Shown here: one piece after another, positions 50,603 to 58,583 of the stretch
Numbering within the stretch: position 1 is the first letter of the stretch
Layout: each line of letters opens with the position of its first letter
Assembly: GCA_016281775.1 (NCBI GenBank)
Contig: JAEEJH010000140.1
Coordinates: forward strand, 7,788-71,787
Direction: 5' to 3'
Source: Clostridiales bacterium
GTDB taxonomy: Bacteria > Bacillota > Clostridia > Oscillospirales > CAG-272
Length of the DNA stretch: 64,000 bases
Position numbers and translations under genes: made by a program
Notes under the pieces: generated by a model
What the model was told of the DNA's origin: nothing
The model's input: only the letters and a program-made list of their open reading frames with translations
The model's database searches: none

Positions 50603-50827
50603 CCTCGATATTATCGAGGATAAGGGGGGAGGAAGAGGGCTTGGGAGATTGGAGGGCGGGGTCTCCCAAGGCGCAGCGGTTTGCCGCCGCACGGATCGTC
50701 GCGAAGCGACGCCTTATGATCATATCGCGCAAGCGATATATCGAGTCTTTCGCCTTGTGCGAAAGGCATATCGAGCGACGCAGTCGCATATCGAACCGCG
50801 GGAGGATTTCCGAGCGCGGTATATCGA
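50603..50827. repeat. array of GC-rich hairpins separated by the 7-mer ATATCGA
   Basis: ATATCG(A/C) occurs at 50722, 50738, 50768, 50788 and 50821. Stems are CGTCGC/GCGACG (50697-50711), ATATCGC/GCGATAT (50722-50739), CTTTCGC/GCGAAAG (50747-50765), GCGAC/GTCGC (50775-50787), ACCGCG/CGCGGT (50795-50820) and CTTGGGAGA/TCTCCCAAG (50640-50670). A palindrome CCTCGATA-t-TATCGAGG lies at 50603-50619. Confidence 0.85.
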
Positions 50828-50916
50828 TTATTTCTTTGACGGAACGCTGCCGATCTTTTTTATCGTAATCTCAACCGTTATTCGAGACACTCAACCGAAA
50901 TACAACCGATCGGTTA

Positions 50917-50944
50917 TTGATTTTTTGCGTTAACGTGATATAAT
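50917..50944 (+). promoter_or_regulatory. promoter TTGATT-16-TGaTATAAT, with CAACCG repeats and the palindrome AACCGATCGGTT just upstream
   Basis: Read directly. CTCAACCG occurs twice and AACCGA|TCGGTT lies at 50904-50915. Confidence 0.5.
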
Positions 50945-50985
50945 ATACTTGCAGCTGCGAAAATAATAAACAGAGAGGTTATATT

Positions 50986-52074
50986 ATGAATATCTATTTT
51001 GCGGATAAATTGAAAAGCTTGCGAACAGATAAAAAAGTGTCGCAGGAGAAGCTTGCTCAATTTCTGAACGTTTCTTTTCAAGCCGTCAGTAAATGGGAAA
51101 CAGGCAATTCGTATCCGGATATAACTCTATTGCCGGATATAGCGCGCTTTTTCGGCATAAGCGTTGACGAGCTTCTTTGCGTTGAAAAGATTGATGAAAA
51201 ACGACTTTTTGACGAGTATTCGGAAAAAGCCTCCGATCTGTTCCGTTGCGGCGACGCGGCGGGTGCGCTTGCATTGTGGCAGGAAGCGTTTCGCCGTATG
51301 CCTAATAATGTTGATGTTAAGGAAATGCTAATGTCAGCATATTTCGATACCGACCACGAGAAATACTTCAATGAGTTTTATGATCTTGCAACAGATATAA
51401 TCAACGGGAACGCCGAAGGAAAATCTTGTTCTATGTACTATAAGGGACAGGCTATATCGCAGCTTGCCCGTGTTTTTGCAGAATGCGGAGAAACAGAAGA
51501 AGCGCAAAAATGGGCAAGAAAATCGGTTCCGATATTCAATTCCATGGAAATAATTGAAGCGATGATCGACAGCGGTAAAGATTTAATTGATGATGTGTCG
51601 TTTTGCACTTATTGGTTTTTAGAGGAACTTTTTTATATGGCTTGCCGAATTGACGGCGATGAAAGCATTGAACTTGATAATGATTATAAGCAGAATTGCT
51701 TTAAAACCGTAGCACAAATAATTGAAACAGTTTATAAAAATGACGATATGGGTTTTGAGCAATTACAGCATTTATTCAATTTGCATCAAGGTATCGCAGA
51801 ATACGAAGCGATGAAAAACGGCGACGAGAGTATTATAAAATATCATCTTGAACGAGCGTTTGAGTGCTGTAAAAAGTCAACGGATGTGAAAGCGCACGAG
51901 CTGCGTCATCCGATGATGTACGGTCGTCGCGTATCCGGCGCACCGAGCGATAACAAGATCAATATGCGGTTTCTTTCGGAGCGGATAAAACAAAATATAT
52001 ATGACACATACAGGAACAACGATTGGTTTGTAAAGATTGATTGTGCAACGGAAAAACTCTTGAAAGCCGAATAA
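50986..52074 (+). CDS. XRE-family HTH regulator with C-terminal TPR-like domain (paralog 2)
   Basis: The HTH is LRTDKKVSQEKLAQFLNVSFQAVSKWETGNSYPDITLLPDIARFFGISVDELL, followed by a long helical C-domain. The gene is AT-richer than the flanking DNA. Confidence 0.85.
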   Translation: MNIYFADKLKSLRTDKKVSQEKLAQFLNVSFQAVSKWETGNSYPDITLLPDIARFFGISVDELLCVEKIDEKRLFDEYSEKASDLFRCGDAAGALALWQEAFRRMPNNVDVKEMLMSAYFDTDHEKYFNEFYDLATDIINGNAEGKSCSMYYKGQAISQLARVFAECGETEEAQKWARKSVPIFNSMEIIEAMIDSGKDLIDDVSFCTYWFLEELFYMACRIDGDESIELDNDYKQNCFKTVAQIIETVYKNDDMGFEQLQHLFNLHQGIAEYEAMKNGDESIIKYHLERAFECCKKSTDVKAHELRHPMMYGRRVSGAPSDNKINMRFLSERIKQNIYDTYRNNDWFVKIDCATEKLLKAE

Positions 52075-52090
52075 AAGTGCGCTGTGATTT

Positions 52091-52115
52091 GAGGCGGGGA
52101 GCATTCCCCCGCCTC
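52091..52115. terminator. bidirectional terminator between convergent XRE/TPR genes
   Basis: GAGGCGGGG-agcattc-CCCCGCCTC is followed by TCGTTATTTT. Confidence 0.7.
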
Positions 52116-52118
52116 TCG

Positions 52119-53152
52119 TTATTTTACATATTCCGCAAGATCAAGATCGACAAGATACCGATTGAAGTATTTCATATACTCTTCACGTTCACTGTCGAAA
52201 TCATCCCAAGACGTTGATATGATCCTATACGCTTCATCGATTTCTTTCCTGCATCCTTCAAGATCGCCCGAGCGTTTGCGGCACGCGGCTATGCATTGAT
52301 GAAAACTGTAATGAAACGTCTGCATCCCGTCCCAAAGATACGCACCCTGCCCTGAACATTCTGGAATCATAAATTCAGTAAGGACGTTCAGCCCCTTTCG
52401 ATATGCATTTTCCGCCATCTTCAAATAATCTTCAAACGAGGTGTCGCTTAACGGGATCTTCTTTTCATCCATTTCAAGCCATGCATTGCCTTCCTGAAAG
52501 CACGCTTGATACAGAAACTGAAGATGATCGCATCTGGCGTTTATCGATGCGTTCAGTTTATCCTTGCCGGAAAGACGGAAAGAGGCGGCATCATATTGAA
52601 GCGTTATTCCGGCCGGAAGCGACTCCAGAACCGTCTTTGCTTTTTCATACTCACCTTTTTCAAGATATGCCGCCGCTTGCACGTCTTTAACGGAACAGAC
52701 TTTGACGTAATTGCCGCTTTCTGAAATGATACGCTGCGAAATTTCAATCATTTCATCAAGTCTGCTGCGATTTCCGTTTTCACGAAGGTCGTACTCATAC
52801 CCGTCAAGCAATGCAAAAGTCAGTTCTTCATTTCCGGGATATTCTGCAAGTGCTTTTTTGATTATTTCAATATACCGTTTAATATCGCTGAAAAATAAAT
52901 GTTGGCGTCCTTGATGATTTTTTTGATTTTGCTTTTAATTTCCTTTAAATCGTAATCAAACAGAGTATCAAGCGAAACCTCAAAGTACCCGGCAATGATA
53001 GGTATTATGCTCATATCCGGATATGTGAGACCGCTTTCCCATTTTGATACTGCCTGTGGCGATACCGACAGCGCCGAAGCAAGTGCTTCTTGCGTGATGC
53101 CTTTTTTCTTTCTTAATTCTCTGATTTTTAATCCTAAATTGATATTTGCCAT
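52119..53152 (-). pseudogene. XRE-family HTH/TPR regulator (paralog 3) split by a frameshift near a homopolymer run
   Basis: ORF 52862..53152 encodes only the HTH (LRKKKGITQEALASALSVSPQAVSKWESGLTYPDMSIIPIIAGYFEVSLDTLF). The TPR-like part (52119..52811) continues upstream in another frame as ...SDIKRYIEIIKKALAEYPGNEELTFALLDGYEYD. Adding one T to the T5 run (plus-strand A5 at 52891-52895) restores a single ~340-aa frame. Confidence 0.7.
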
Positions 53153-53172
53153 ATTTTTTCTCCGTTTTTATT

Positions 53173-53186
53173 TCAAAGCGCTTTGA
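53173..53186. promoter_or_regulatory. perfect 14-bp palindrome TCAAAGCGCTTTGA in the leader/promoter of paralog 3
   Basis: Read directly, about 20 nt upstream of the ATG at 53152. Confidence 0.4.
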
Positions 53187-53509
53187 TGGTTATATTATAT
53201 CACCGAATCAGAACAAAATCAATAACGGTATATTAGATAAAAAACAACTCGCGGTTGCGTCAGTTGCGGACAGTTTGTGCACCGCGCCTGAGGTCGCCGC
53301 GCGCCCCGTGATTTCAAAAAGCACGGGAGGGATTTAGGGGGTTTGGGGGTCGTAAGGGTGGGAACCCCCAAGAATTAACGGTAATCGACGGATGATCGAC
53401 TTATTTGCCGTTCGTAGGGCGGGGCTCGAATCGCCGGTTCTTTATCGTTTGAATTATCGTCGCGAAGCGACACCTTAATTCTCAATTCTCCCCTCTCAGC
53501 TCTCAACTG

Positions 53510-53536
53510 AAAAAGCGGCCGATTCCGGTCGCTTTT
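53510..53536 (-). terminator. rho-independent terminator of gene 53552..55840
   Basis: The minus strand reads AAAAGCGACCGG-aatc-GGCCGC followed by TTTTT. The stem is 7 bp with one G-U pair. Confidence 0.7.
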
Positions 53537-53551
53537 AACTTTGAACAGTGA

Positions 53552-55840
53552 TCAAGGCTTTATGTCTCCGTCGGAACAGTGCACGACGATCCATGCGAGC
53601 GTTTTCCACGGGGCGTTATATTCCTCATACAGTTTATTCCATGCGTCAACTGTTCCCGCATAGAATATTTCAGTCAGTTCCAGGCAGGCGTAATGCTCGC
53701 TGCCATAGACGCCGAGCGCGCCGTAACCGAGCGTTTCGAGACTCGCCGGCAGATACGCCTTAGTCATATTCGTACAGCCGCGGAAAGCGTAAGCGCCGAT
53801 ATACGTCACCCCTTCCGGCACGTGCAGTTCCTTTATCTGCGTCGCGCGTGATAACGCGCTGACGCCGACCGCGGTCACGGGCTTGCCTTCGCGTTCTGAC
53901 GGTATGACGAGCAAACCTCCCGTAAATTCGCCGGCGCCGCTGACGTAGAGACTGCCGTCTGGGGCGGTGCGGATATCGAGCCCCTCCGACGCTTTCGACG
54001 GATCGGCGCCGTCTGTTGCGCCCGCTTTAGGAAGGCTGCCGTCGTAATTGTAAGTATACTTGTCGCAAAGCGTCTGAAACTGCGCTTTCGCCTTGTTTTT
54101 CACCGATTTTTCTTTTGCGTATCTCGACTGGAAGTCGCGGAAATGAAGCGACGATTTTTCAACGTGGGCGAACTGTTCGTTCGTGAGCGTGCACGAGAGC
54201 GCCGCGTTCCAGAGCTCCGTGCACCTGTTTATGACGGTATAGTCGTTCTTGCCGTCGACCTTAGGCGCGTAGAACACGGACGGATCGGTATATACGGACG
54301 TATGACCGTCCCACGCGGTGAGACCTTTTCTTCTCGACGTCGCGTTCACGAGGTCTATATATTCGCGCAGATACGGGGCGGCTTCACCGTAATAGTCCTC
54401 CATGAACTCGTCCCACATCTTATAGTATTCTTCTTTCGTGATGTCCGGATCCCACATCAGACTGTTTATCAGATAATTGCGCAGTTCCGTGAATTCGCCG
54501 ACCTCGGCGACGTGATCGCCCTCCGTCAGAAGCCCGATACAGCCGCACTCTTTGAAAGCCTGCATATTGTCCCAGAGCACGTCGAGATTAGGTCCGACGG
54601 AGCTGATTTGCGAGGCGTGGTTATACGAATAGTCGTAAACGCAGAACTTTTTGCAGACCTTCGACCAGTTGACCATATTCTGATACGATACGGCGTTATG
54701 CTCGCACTCGGGATCGTTATACGCATGGGTGAAGCACGTGCTGTCCATCATGCAGAGAACTATTATCACGTTGTCTCTCGGTTTTACCACCTCGGGATCG
54801 GGCATTACCGTCGTTTCCTTATAGGCGTAAGTCAGTATATCTATTTCGCGGTCGGGGTATTTCTCTTTCACCGCGTCGGCTATGCCGTTTATGAACATCA
54901 GAAGCGAGCCCATCGCCGTGCCGCCGGCGGCTTCGTTTTTGGCTTTGCATTCGGCGCAGCTGCAGAACGCTCCGCCGTCGTTTTGGTTGATATGGAAAAA
55001 CGTTTTGTTCGGATTCTTTTCTATCTGCTTGCAGAGGTTGGCAAACACCGTCTCGAACACCGCCGGATCGGAAAGGCACGGCTGAGGGCTCACGCCGTCG
55101 CCGGTCTTTGAAAGCGAGCCGAGATTATGCGAGCCGGCGTATTTTATGCTCGTGCTTTTGGTGCGGTTTCTCCACCGCATGACGTTCATTTCGCTCGCCG
55201 ACGACCAGTTGTATCTGCCGCCGAAAACGGGGTTATATACCGTATTGTACCCTGACGGCACGTTTTTCGCTTCGCCAGGTCTTACGTATGTGAACGTCTC
55301 GGAATAAAATCTGACCCCGAGATGATCCTGCAGAAAGTCGTACGCGCCGTTGGCGGTGCCGCGCGCGATCGCGCCGCTGATATATAGGTCGCCGTTATCT
55401 TCGATCATTACGTAGCCGTCGTCGGTCACTTTTGCTTTTTCGGCGTTCAGCTTATCGTTGTCGAACGCAGTGCTTCCGAGTATTATCGCGTGTTCCGGTT
55501 TCGTTTCATCGTCGAACAGCGGCAGAGTGAAACCGGCGGCGAATTTGATCAGCCGCACAAGATCCTCCGCGGCGTTTTTCACCGCGGAAGCCGGTTCTTT
55601 TGCGATGACTACCGAGAATTCCGATAACGGCGCGCCGCCTATAGTAATATCGGAAGGCTCGTCCGTCGCGCCGGGCTCGGTCTCCGCTTCGCCGGTGCTT
55701 TCGGTTTTTTCGTCGGTGACGCGCTCCGTCGTCTGCCCGTCCGAGGCGGCGGCAGTCTGCTCCGGCGTAGTTTCCGCGCAGGACGCCAAAAGCGGCAGTA
55801 AGACGAATACGGTCAGCAGCAGTACGGTGATTTTTTTCAA
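53552..55840 (-). CDS. lipoprotein: DUF4838-like glycan-related domain plus C-terminal BspA-type leucine-rich repeats
   Basis: A TTG at 55840 lies 8 nt after AAAGGAG and gives (M)KKITVLLLTVFVLLPLLASC (lipobox). The central region resembles DUF4838 (DGYVMIEDNGDLYISGAIARGTANGAYDFLQDHLGVRFY), from memory. The C-terminus IKELHVPEGVTYIGAYAFRGCTNMTKAYLPASLETLGYGAL is LRR-like. Confidence 0.7.
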   Translation of the reverse strand: MKKITVLLLTVFVLLPLLASCAETTPEQTAAASDGQTTERVTDEKTESTGEAETEPGATDEPSDITIGGAPLSEFSVVIAKEPASAVKNAAEDLVRLIKFAAGFTLPLFDDETKPEHAIILGSTAFDNDKLNAEKAKVTDDGYVMIEDNGDLYISGAIARGTANGAYDFLQDHLGVRFYSETFTYVRPGEAKNVPSGYNTVYNPVFGGRYNWSSASEMNVMRWRNRTKSTSIKYAGSHNLGSLSKTGDGVSPQPCLSDPAVFETVFANLCKQIEKNPNKTFFHINQNDGGAFCSCAECKAKNEAAGGTAMGSLLMFINGIADAVKEKYPDREIDILTYAYKETTVMPDPEVVKPRDNVIIVLCMMDSTCFTHAYNDPECEHNAVSYQNMVNWSKVCKKFCVYDYSYNHASQISSVGPNLDVLWDNMQAFKECGCIGLLTEGDHVAEVGEFTELRNYLINSLMWDPDITKEEYYKMWDEFMEDYYGEAAPYLREYIDLVNATSRRKGLTAWDGHTSVYTDPSVFYAPKVDGKNDYTVINRCTELWNAALSCTLTNEQFAHVEKSSLHFRDFQSRYAKEKSVKNKAKAQFQTLCDKYTYNYDGSLPKAGATDGADPSKASEGLDIRTAPDGSLYVSGAGEFTGGLLVIPSEREGKPVTAVGVSALSRATQIKELHVPEGVTYIGAYAFRGCTNMTKAYLPASLETLGYGALGVYGSEHYACLELTEIFYAGTVDAWNKLYEEYNAPWKTLAWIVVHCSDGDIKP

Positions 55841-55945
55841 GGTCAACGCTCCTTTTGCAAATTTCTTTATTGAATATAGCATATTTTACGCCGCCCGTCA
55901 AGTATAACGCGAAAACTTTTGCAGCGCACAAAATCTCAAAAAATA

Positions 55946-55974
55946 TTGACTTTGCCGTTTTTATTTGGTAAAAT
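55946..55974 (+). promoter_or_regulatory. sigma-A-type promoter (TTGACT-17-TAAAAT) for the CotH-like gene
   Basis: Read directly. Confidence 0.6.
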
Positions 55975-56004
55975 ATATCGGAGATCTGAAGATCGGAGTA
56001 TAAA

Positions 56005-57849
56005 ATGAAAAAGATACTTGCCCTGATACTCGCGGCCGCGGCGCTTCTGCTTTCCGGCTGTTCGCAGAACGAACCTGCCAAAACGGAAATACCGGTTACC
56101 GTTACAGAGGCGCAGACCGAAGCCGCGACCGAGCCGGCTTCTACGGAAGAGCCCGAGCCGGCGGACACGCGGATAGCCGCCGTGTTTTCTCTGCCCGCCG
56201 GTTTTTACGGGCAGGAGCAGGAGCTTACGCTCACTCTGCCCGAATCGGCGCCCGAAGGCGCGTATATAACGTATACGACCGACAACAGCGAGCCTACGTC
56301 GAGATCCAAAAAATTCAAAACGCCGATCAAGGTGGCCGCAAAAGAGACGACAGTCGTACGCGCCGCGTGCTTCGACACGGCGGGAGAGCGGATCGGCTAT
56401 ATAAGAACGGCGACGTATATAAAAACGGAGCCCGACAGATACGCGACGCTCGTCGTATCGCTCGTCACCGAAAAAGAGAATCTTTACGGCGAGACGGGTA
56501 TAATATCCCACCCGCACAATTCCGGCAAAGCGTGGGAGCGTCCGTGTCACGTTGAGATATTTACCGAAGACGGCGAGAGGATAATCAGTCAGGACGCGGG
56601 CATACGCATCTTCGGCGGCTCGTCGAGAGGGCTGCAGCAGAAATCCTTCCGTCTGATCGCGCGTAAGGACGGTTATTACGACGAAATGAAATATAACGGC
56701 AAGGGCAGCTTCGAGTACCCGTTTTTCAACGGACGCACGATAGTCGCCGGAGACGGTAAAGGCGAGCTTCTGACGAAATACGACAGGCTCGTGCTCCGTA
56801 ACGGCGGCAACGACTCGATACAGGCGACAGCCGCCGATCCGACCGCGATGACGCTGACGCGCGACGCCGCGGCGAACGCGTTCGCTTCAGAAATGTCGGA
56901 TAAGATCGCATATCAGGCGTCGCGGTTCGCCGTCGTTTATCTGAACGGCGAATACTACGGCATACTCGATATGAAAGAAGACATCAACGACGATTACGTC
57001 AAAAACGTTTACGGGCTCGACAAAAACGAAGTGACCGTGATAAAATCAGAGCTTGATACGAACCGCCATTGCGACAAGCACGACAACGGCGGAAGCTGCC
57101 GATTCGACGGCGTCTGGTTCTTCTACGAGCTCGACGAGGGCAAAGACGGCGAACTTGAAGCGTACGAGGCGATGTGCAAAGAAGCGACAGCCGCGCTCGG
57201 CGGCAGCAAAGCCGAGCTCGACGCCGCGTACGAAAAGCTGTCGGAGAAGCTCGATACGCGCAGTTTTCTCGAGTATACCGCGATATGCCTTTACTGCTGC
57301 AACACCGACTGGCCGCACAACAATATACGCGTGTGGCGGTACACGGGCGAAGCGGTCGAAGGCAACCCGTATTCCGACGGCAAATGGAGGTTTACGATGC
57401 GCGACATGGATTTCTGCTTCGGCAGATACAAATGCCTCGTATTGCCCGAAATATACACTCAGGCTGACACAGACAACATCTCGTTCACGCTCGGCAACTA
57501 CAAAAACGGAGCGTACGAATACGACGGCAACTATCCCGACTCGCTGTACGTTCAGGGACTGCTCGCGCTGTGTCTTCATAACGATCAGTGGAGAGCCGAT
57601 TTTCTCGAATACTGCAAGACCTTATACAGCAAAGAAGCTATAGCAAAGCTGAAAGAGATAATGAAAGGTTATAACGGTCAGATCGAAAGTGAGATCAGCC
57701 GTCATCTGCTCCGCTGGAAAGGTACCGTCAGCGACAAATACACGCCGGCCATATGGGAAGAAAACACGGCGTATATGTACGATTTCGCCGACAAACGGCC
57801 GAAATATTTCAAGCACAACCTTAAATTCATAACTAACAATTTCAAATAA
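56005..57849 (+). CDS. CotH kinase family lipoprotein with N-terminal chitobiase/Fn3-associated-like domain
   Basis: The lipobox is LLLSGC. YITYTTDNSEPTSRS is Fn3_assoc-like. IRIFGGSSRGLQQKSFRL, LVLRNGGNDS and FAVVYLNGEYYGILDMKE are CotH-like blocks. Confidence 0.75.
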   Translation: MKKILALILAAAALLLSGCSQNEPAKTEIPVTVTEAQTEAATEPASTEEPEPADTRIAAVFSLPAGFYGQEQELTLTLPESAPEGAYITYTTDNSEPTSRSKKFKTPIKVAAKETTVVRAACFDTAGERIGYIRTATYIKTEPDRYATLVVSLVTEKENLYGETGIISHPHNSGKAWERPCHVEIFTEDGERIISQDAGIRIFGGSSRGLQQKSFRLIARKDGYYDEMKYNGKGSFEYPFFNGRTIVAGDGKGELLTKYDRLVLRNGGNDSIQATAADPTAMTLTRDAAANAFASEMSDKIAYQASRFAVVYLNGEYYGILDMKEDINDDYVKNVYGLDKNEVTVIKSELDTNRHCDKHDNGGSCRFDGVWFFYELDEGKDGELEAYEAMCKEATAALGGSKAELDAAYEKLSEKLDTRSFLEYTAICLYCCNTDWPHNNIRVWRYTGEAVEGNPYSDGKWRFTMRDMDFCFGRYKCLVLPEIYTQADTDNISFTLGNYKNGAYEYDGNYPDSLYVQGLLALCLHNDQWRADFLEYCKTLYSKEAIAKLKEIMKGYNGQIESEISRHLLRWKGTVSDKYTPAIWEENTAYMYDFADKRPKYFKHNLKFITNNFK

Positions 57850-57879
57850 GACGTCACACCCGGCATCATTACGCCTTAC

Positions 57880-57899
57880 GGGTCGGCGTTATTGACGGC
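57880..57899. repeat. left copy of the 20-bp direct repeat GGGTCGGCGTTATTGACGGC flanking the transposase-like gene
   Basis: It is identical to 58482-58501 and ends 6 nt before the ATG. It is followed by CCGTCAAT, giving the local palindrome ATTGACGG-c-CCGTCAAT. Confidence 0.9.
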
Positions 57900-58064
57900 C
57901 CGTCAATGAAATCACCGGAAAAACATATGGACAAAGAAAAAGAGTTGCCGAAAAGAAAAGATCTGCGGCTGAAGCAATACGATTACAGTTCCGCAGGAGC
58001 ATATTTTATAACAATATGCGTTAAGGACAGAAAACAAATTCTTTCGGACATCGTAGCCCCCTCC

Positions 58065-58090
58065 GTAGGGGTCGGCGCCCACGACGACCC
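58065..58090 (+). repeat. REP-like element inside the CDS (GTAGGGGTCGGCGCCCACGACGACCC), forward copy
   Basis: A GTAG head is followed by the GGGTCG/CGACCC stem. It encodes ..VGVGAHDDP.. in frame. Confidence 0.8.
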
Positions 58091-58281
58091 GCATATCGGC
58101 GCCGGAAGCAAACCTCAGATAAGGTTAAAGAAAACGGGTAAAATCGCAGAGAAATATTTGCTTTCAAGCGAAAATATCCCCGGCGTAAAAATCGACAAAT
58201 ACGTTATAATGCCGGATCATATACACGCGATCATCTTTCTTAATTATAATAATTGCGCACCGCAAGAATTCGGGTCGTCGA

Positions 58282-58307
58282 AGGCGCCGACCCCTACGAA
58301 CGCGACT
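58282..58307 (-). repeat. REP-like element inside the CDS, inverted copy (reverse complement GTAGGGGTCGGCGCCTTCGACGACCC)
   Basis: It differs from the forward copy at 2 of 26 positions and encodes ..GSSKAPTPT.. in frame. Confidence 0.8.
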
Positions 58308-58481
58308 CTGCCGCATATCGTCTCAACATTTAAGAGGTTCTGCGGTAAAGAACTCGGTAATAATATCTTTCAGCGCGGATATTATGAACATATTATCCGT
58401 GATAAAAATGATTACAAATCAATCTGCGAATATATATACAATAACCCGACCGGTTGGTATTACGGAGATTTGCCGTCGTAA

Positions 58482-58501
58482 GGGTCGGCGTTATTGACGG
58501 C
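58482..58501. repeat. right copy of the 20-bp direct repeat GGGTCGGCGTTATTGACGGC
   Basis: It starts 1 nt after the stop codon (58479-58481) and is preceded by CGTAA, giving a GTAAGG head. Confidence 0.9.
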
Positions 58502-58522
58502 TTGCATAAAAAGCAAAAAAAA

Positions 58523-58562
58523 CGCCCGGAACCGTGCCGTATGCACGGTTCCGGGCGCTTTT
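58523..58562. terminator. bidirectional rho-independent terminator (15-bp stem)
   Basis: A-run, then CGCCCGGAACCGTGC-cgtat-GCACGGTTCCGGGCG, then CTTTTA. It serves the plus-strand transposase-like gene and the minus-strand gene 58584..59114. Confidence 0.85.
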
Positions 58563-58583
58563 ACGTTTGCCCGGTAATTATGT

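Larger units (their letters stand above)
57906..58481 (+). mobile_element. REP-associated tyrosine transposase-like gene (IS200/IS605 Y1/HUH family, RAYT-type), single ORF
   Basis: LRLKQYDYSSAGAYFITICVKDRKQIL is followed by the HUH motif IMPDHIHAII and the catalytic-Tyr region QRGYYEHIIRDKNDYKSICEYIYNNP. No IS inverted repeats and no tnpB are present. Confidence 0.75.
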
